Origin: an uncultured archaeon
GTDB lineage: Archaea; Asgardarchaeota; Heimdallarchaeia; Heimdallarchaeales; Heimdallarchaeaceae
Assembly: GCA_964549075.1 (NCBI GenBank)
Contig: CAZJUB010000004.1
Coordinates: 18,232 to 82,231, forward strand
DNA: 64,000 nt
Direction: 5' to 3'
Shown here: one piece after another, positions 60,561 to 64,000 of the stretch
How positions within the stretch are numbered: position 1 is the stretch's first letter
How the letters are laid out: each line of letters starts with the position of its first letter
Translations under genes and position numbers: made by a program
The notes under the pieces: generated by a model
Told to the model about the DNA's origin: nothing
The model's input: the letters and a program-made list of their open reading frames with translations, nothing else
Database searches by the model: none

Positions 60561-61121
60561 ATGCCAACACAACCTGGAAGAATATTCAAAGTCGTTCTGA
60601 TTGGAGACGGAGCAGTCGGAAAAACAAGCTTACGGCGAAACTATTTAGGAAAAGCATTTAGAGAAAATTATTTGATGACAATTGGAGCAGATTTTTCCGT
60701 TAAGCAAGTGCCGTATGAAGATTATATAGTCAGTTTACAAATTTGGGATCTTGCAGGACAACCAAGGTTTTCAGAAGTGAGAGGTGCTTACTATGCTAAT
60801 TCTTATGGTGCAATGGTTGTGTTCGACGTAACTCGTCCTAATACTTTTACAAATATAGACTATTGGATCAATGAAATGATCAAATATAATAACAATAAAT
60901 TAATTCCTCTCTTGATTGTAGGAAACAAAACTGATCTAAGAGGAACAACTCCAGATGAAGTACAAGTAGATAGAACTTCAGCTATGACTTATGCGCAAGT
61001 ACTGAGTGAATGGGGAGGAATAAAGGTAGAGTATATTGAAACATCAGCAAAATCAGGACAAAATGTCAACTCTTCTTTTGAGAGGTTAATTGATAAAATA
61101 TACTATCAGATGGGATTATAA
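60561..61121 (+). CDS. Rab-like small GTPase
   Basis: GDGAVGKT, TIGADF, QIWDLAGQ, NKTD, ETSAK; ATG 60561 preferred over 60528. Confidence 0.93.
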   Translation: MPTQPGRIFKVVLIGDGAVGKTSLRRNYLGKAFRENYLMTIGADFSVKQVPYEDYIVSLQIWDLAGQPRFSEVRGAYYANSYGAMVVFDVTRPNTFTNIDYWINEMIKYNNNKLIPLLIVGNKTDLRGTTPDEVQVDRTSAMTYAQVLSEWGGIKVEYIETSAKSGQNVNSSFERLIDKIYYQMGL

Positions 61122-61130
61122 GAAAGAGAA

Positions 61131-63197
61131 CTATTTTTTCTTCAATCTGATTACATTCTTTTTAACTAGAATATAAAATACAAGACCAACAACTCCAACA
61201 ACACCGATACTTATGCCAACCGATATGCGTATTATTTCTTCTTTATACATAGGATGATCAGTGATTAAGAGAGGATCGGTCCCAGCTCGAACCTCATGAC
61301 CGTCTGAAAAATCGTCTTCGTCAGTGTCCCACTTTGTAGGAATTGTACCATATTTATATTCATCCTTGTTAGTTAAGCCATCATTATCTGGATCATCGTT
61401 CTTATCAGAAGGATCTAAGGGGTTAAAATTGTATTTAGTTTCCCACCCATCAGGCATGGAATCTTCGTCAGTATCGGGATTGGTCGGGTCTGTGAAGTAA
61501 ACGTAAATCTCTTTACCATCCCACAATGTGTCCCCGTCAGTATCTTTTAAGGTTGGATCACAATGGTAAGTATGATACTCTACACCGTCCATAACACCGT
61601 CTGCGTCAGTATCATTATTCAATGGGCTGGTAAAACACACTTTAACTTCATCACCATCAGAAAGGAGGTCGTTATCTGAATCTGCATTAAGAGGTTTGGT
61701 AAACTCTTCAAATTCTTCAAAATTCAGCAATCCATCATCATCAGGATCTTCTTCCGCATCATCAACTAGAGGATTGAGCCCATTAAGTGCTTCCCAGCCA
61801 TCTGGCATGGTGTCCCCGTCTGAATCGCTCTTTTTTGGGTTTGTACCGTAAATATTGATTTCTGCACCATCACTTAAACCGTCTAAATCCGAATCTTTTG
61901 TATTAGGATTCGTATGATAGATTTGTATCTCTTCTGCATCTGTTAAACCGTCAAAATCCGAATCTACGCTCAATGGATTCGTGAAATAAACATAGACTTC
62001 TTCTCCATCTAATAAGGTGTCTCCATCAGTGTCGTTATCATAGACATTTGTATGATAAATATATTGTTCCTTTATATCATCTAAACCGTCTAAATCAGAA
62101 TCGGTAAACTGGATTGGATAAGGATCATAATATAATGAACCTCCTTGTTCTTCAGCAATAAAGTATACTCCTTCACCTGTATAATTTGAATAATAATTTC
62201 CAATATTTGTGTTTATATCATACCATGTGCTATTAATTCCTCTATCATAAGCTTGAGAGTAATAGTGTGTCCAATGGGTGTTGTACCAGGAGTTTTCTAT
62301 GAAATAATTATGATGAAAAGTGTTGTTTGCTGAAGGAAAGTCAAAATCAGACCAACTAGCACTTATACCATACGAACTACACCTCAACATGATATTTTCT
62401 GTTACTAGAGTTTCACTTACTACATACAAATAGATACCTCTTCCAGTTTCAATCATAGTGTTATACTTAATCAGTAAATCGCTACAATAGATAACAGATA
62501 ATCCAAAATCTTGGTAATAACTATTTGAACCAATTTTTGAGATAGTGTTATTAAAAATTAAAGTATGATGACTATTATACAAGTATATTCCATAATCGGA
62601 ACCGTAATCTACTGAATTATTAAAGATATATGAATTAGGACAAGAATAAATAGATATGGGTTCAGTATTAAAGCCACATTTATTACTACTTAGGTTCAAA
62701 TTTTCACAGCTTTGTATGTTTATTCCAGCAAAATTATTTTCACAAATATTAGTTGAAATAGTAATATTATTTGCATATACTGTAATAATTCCTGTCCCTC
62801 CTAAGATGTTGTTACAGATATTATTTTCAATTTTCGCTGTCCCAGGAGCTATTGTATGTATTAAGATTCCATACTCATAAGCATCAATTAAACAATTTCT
62901 GATAATAAAATGTACGGAAGTATAACAGATATAAATTCCAATATCAAAATCAGTAATTATCTTGAGATTTTCTATAATAAAAGGGCTCGATTCAGAACCA
63001 TTACCGGGAAAACCATACAAGTCAAAAGCAGAATTATTTGTTATAGAGATTGCGTTTGAAGTGACATAATTGATATGTAAATCTTCTTGTGTATTTATAG
63101 CTGCTGTAATATTTTTTTGTGTTATCAAAGAAGAATTAAATAATACTATGAAAATTGCTAAGATTAGTAGTTTGTTATGAAATATGTTTTTAACCAT
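61131..63197 (-). CDS. Surface protein: NosD-like right-handed beta-helix, Ca-binding DxDxDG (TSP3-like) repeats, C-terminal TM
   Basis: GNGSESSPFII start, GIxx/NN beta-helix repeats, more than 10 DxDxDG(L/M)xDxxE…T(N/D)P repeats, TM+KKK. Confidence 0.85.
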   Translation of the reverse strand: MVKNIFHNKLLILAIFIVLFNSSLITQKNITAAINTQEDLHINYVTSNAISITNNSAFDLYGFPGNGSESSPFIIENLKIITDFDIGIYICYTSVHFIIRNCLIDAYEYGILIHTIAPGTAKIENNICNNILGGTGIITVYANNITISTNICENNFAGINIQSCENLNLSSNKCGFNTEPISIYSCPNSYIFNNSVDYGSDYGIYLYNSHHTLIFNNTISKIGSNSYYQDFGLSVIYCSDLLIKYNTMIETGRGIYLYVVSETLVTENIMLRCSSYGISASWSDFDFPSANNTFHHNYFIENSWYNTHWTHYYSQAYDRGINSTWYDINTNIGNYYSNYTGEGVYFIAEEQGGSLYYDPYPIQFTDSDLDGLDDIKEQYIYHTNVYDNDTDGDTLLDGEEVYVYFTNPLSVDSDFDGLTDAEEIQIYHTNPNTKDSDLDGLSDGAEINIYGTNPKKSDSDGDTMPDGWEALNGLNPLVDDAEEDPDDDGLLNFEEFEEFTKPLNADSDNDLLSDGDEVKVCFTSPLNNDTDADGVMDGVEYHTYHCDPTLKDTDGDTLWDGKEIYVYFTDPTNPDTDEDSMPDGWETKYNFNPLDPSDKNDDPDNDGLTNKDEYKYGTIPTKWDTDEDDFSDGHEVRAGTDPLLITDHPMYKEEIIRISVGISIGVVGVVGLVFYILVKKNVIRLKKK

Positions 63198-63303
63198 TTA
63201 TTACCACCATATCTTATAGAACAACTTAGTTTACTATTTCTTATTTCCTATGTATCTTGAATCGTAAGCACTTTTAACTATTTTTGTTTCAACGCTTAAA
63301 AAA

Positions 63304-63447
63304 TTATTTAGCTGATTTTGAAACTTGATCTACATCAGGTTCTGAAGATCTTAATGTTCTTACAAATAAAACTAGAAGTCCCAATCCTGCAGCAGTAGCT
63401 AACGCTACCCACAGTACTGTGAAAAACGGTAGAGTAATTGCTGCCAT
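63304..63447 (-). CDS. 47-aa single-pass membrane micropeptide (absent from the ORF track)
   Basis: MAAITLPFFTVLWVALATAAGLGLLVLFVRTLRSSEPDVDQVSKSAK*; clean ATG to TAA filling an intergenic gap. Confidence 0.65.
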   Translation of the reverse strand: MAAITLPFFTVLWVALATAAGLGLLVLFVRTLRSSEPDVDQVSKSAK

Positions 63448-63625
63448 TTTACTTCAACAAACCTTTTATTCAAGAAATAAAATAAAATGGTCATTTAAAA
63501 AATTATTCCACATCAAAACATGAGTTTCTACGAAACCTTTAAAAATAGGAAAAGTTTAAAAAGTGTTCCTAAAGTGCCAAATATTGCGGTTAGAAGAGGA
63601 ATTAAGAAAAAAGAAAAGAAAAAAT

Positions 63626-64000
63626 TCAACAACTACTCACATCATACTCTGGAACTGCTTCTGGAGGATAAAGTTTTGATACTACATACTTCCTTAACTC
63701 TTCAGCAAAGAAAATAGGTAGAACTGTCGAAAGGATCATACCCCAATTAACAAGCGAAAGTGGAGTAGTTTTAATGAATTGATTCAAGAATGGGACATAA
63801 ACAGCTGCTAGTATAAGAACAAGTCCTACAAATATAGCTCCAAAAAGAGCTTTGTTCTTAAATATTTTCTTAGAAAAAGCAGAACTATCTAGACTAGTTG
63901 AGAGAGAATTAAAGAACTGATAGATAACCAACGAGATGAAAACCATAGTTTGAGCTCTTCTCAAAGCATCTTCTCTATTAGGATTAGATAAAGCTAAATC
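63626..64000 (-). CDS. C-terminal part of a cation-transporting P-type ATPase (type II, Ca2+-ATPase-like), cut by the window edge
   Basis: AQTMVF…QFFNSL…FKNK…YVPFLN…TTPL…W…EELRK; frame open to base 64000. Confidence 0.88.
   Translation of the reverse strand, partial: DLALSNPNREDALRRAQTMVFISLVIYQFFNSLSTSLDSSAFSKKIFKNKALFGAIFVGLVLILAAVYVPFLNQFIKTTPLSLVNWGMILSTVLPIFFAEELRKYVVSKLYPPEAVPEYDVSSC

Noticed and set aside
61290-62110. Repeated DNA motifs as CRISPR or mobile repeats
   Set aside because: In-frame coding repeats of the DxDxDG stalk
63626-63640. …SSC-TGA end of the ATPase as selenocysteine readthrough
   Set aside because: TGA is followed by a T-rich terminator-like tract, the protein is complete and no SECIS was seen
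63520-63717. 65-aa plus-strand lysine-rich ORF
   Set aside because: Lysine run is the reverse complement of the ATPase T-rich terminator region and the ORF overlaps the ATPase antisense
1-64000. tRNA, rRNA, transposase, integrase or provirus
   Set aside because: No cloverleaf, GC-rich RNA gene or recombinase/capsid motifs were recognised by eye

Overview
AT-rich (roughly 30% GC by eye), gene-dense archaeal chromosome segment, most likely an Asgard archaeon (Heimdallarchaeia-like). The support is CDP-archaeol synthase (carS), GGTGA-type ribosome binding sites, a Rab-like small GTPase, a uDENN/longin-like domain and several secreted, C-terminally anchored proteins. Housekeeping and metabolic content: a NifX/NifX/COG1149x2 operon, RNase III, an orphan N6/N4 DNA methyltransferase, a ThiR-regulated thiamine ABC uptake operon with a kinase, TsaC/Sua5, nicotinamidase, TldD/PmbA, FeoAB, an Fpg/Nei-family glycosylase, an ApcT-like transporter, an ABC-2 exporter, three tandem arylsulfotransferase-like proteins, three peroxiredoxins plus a nitroreductase, and the 3' end of a P-type ATPase. 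No rRNA, tRNA, transposase or CRISPR array was seen. The top candidate for an undescribed system is a 1452-aa single-pass receptor-like protein (17859-22217): a long beta-rich, Ig-like ectodomain joined to a cytoplasmic folliculin/SMCR8-like uDENN domain that keeps the 'ARG' arginine-finger motif. Other leads are a methyltransferase followed by two paralogous unknown membrane proteins, two equal-length 47-aa membrane micropeptides, several apparent pseudo-enzymes, candidate operators and a plus-strand hairpin with G-U pairs. All family calls come from motif recognition by eye, not database searches.
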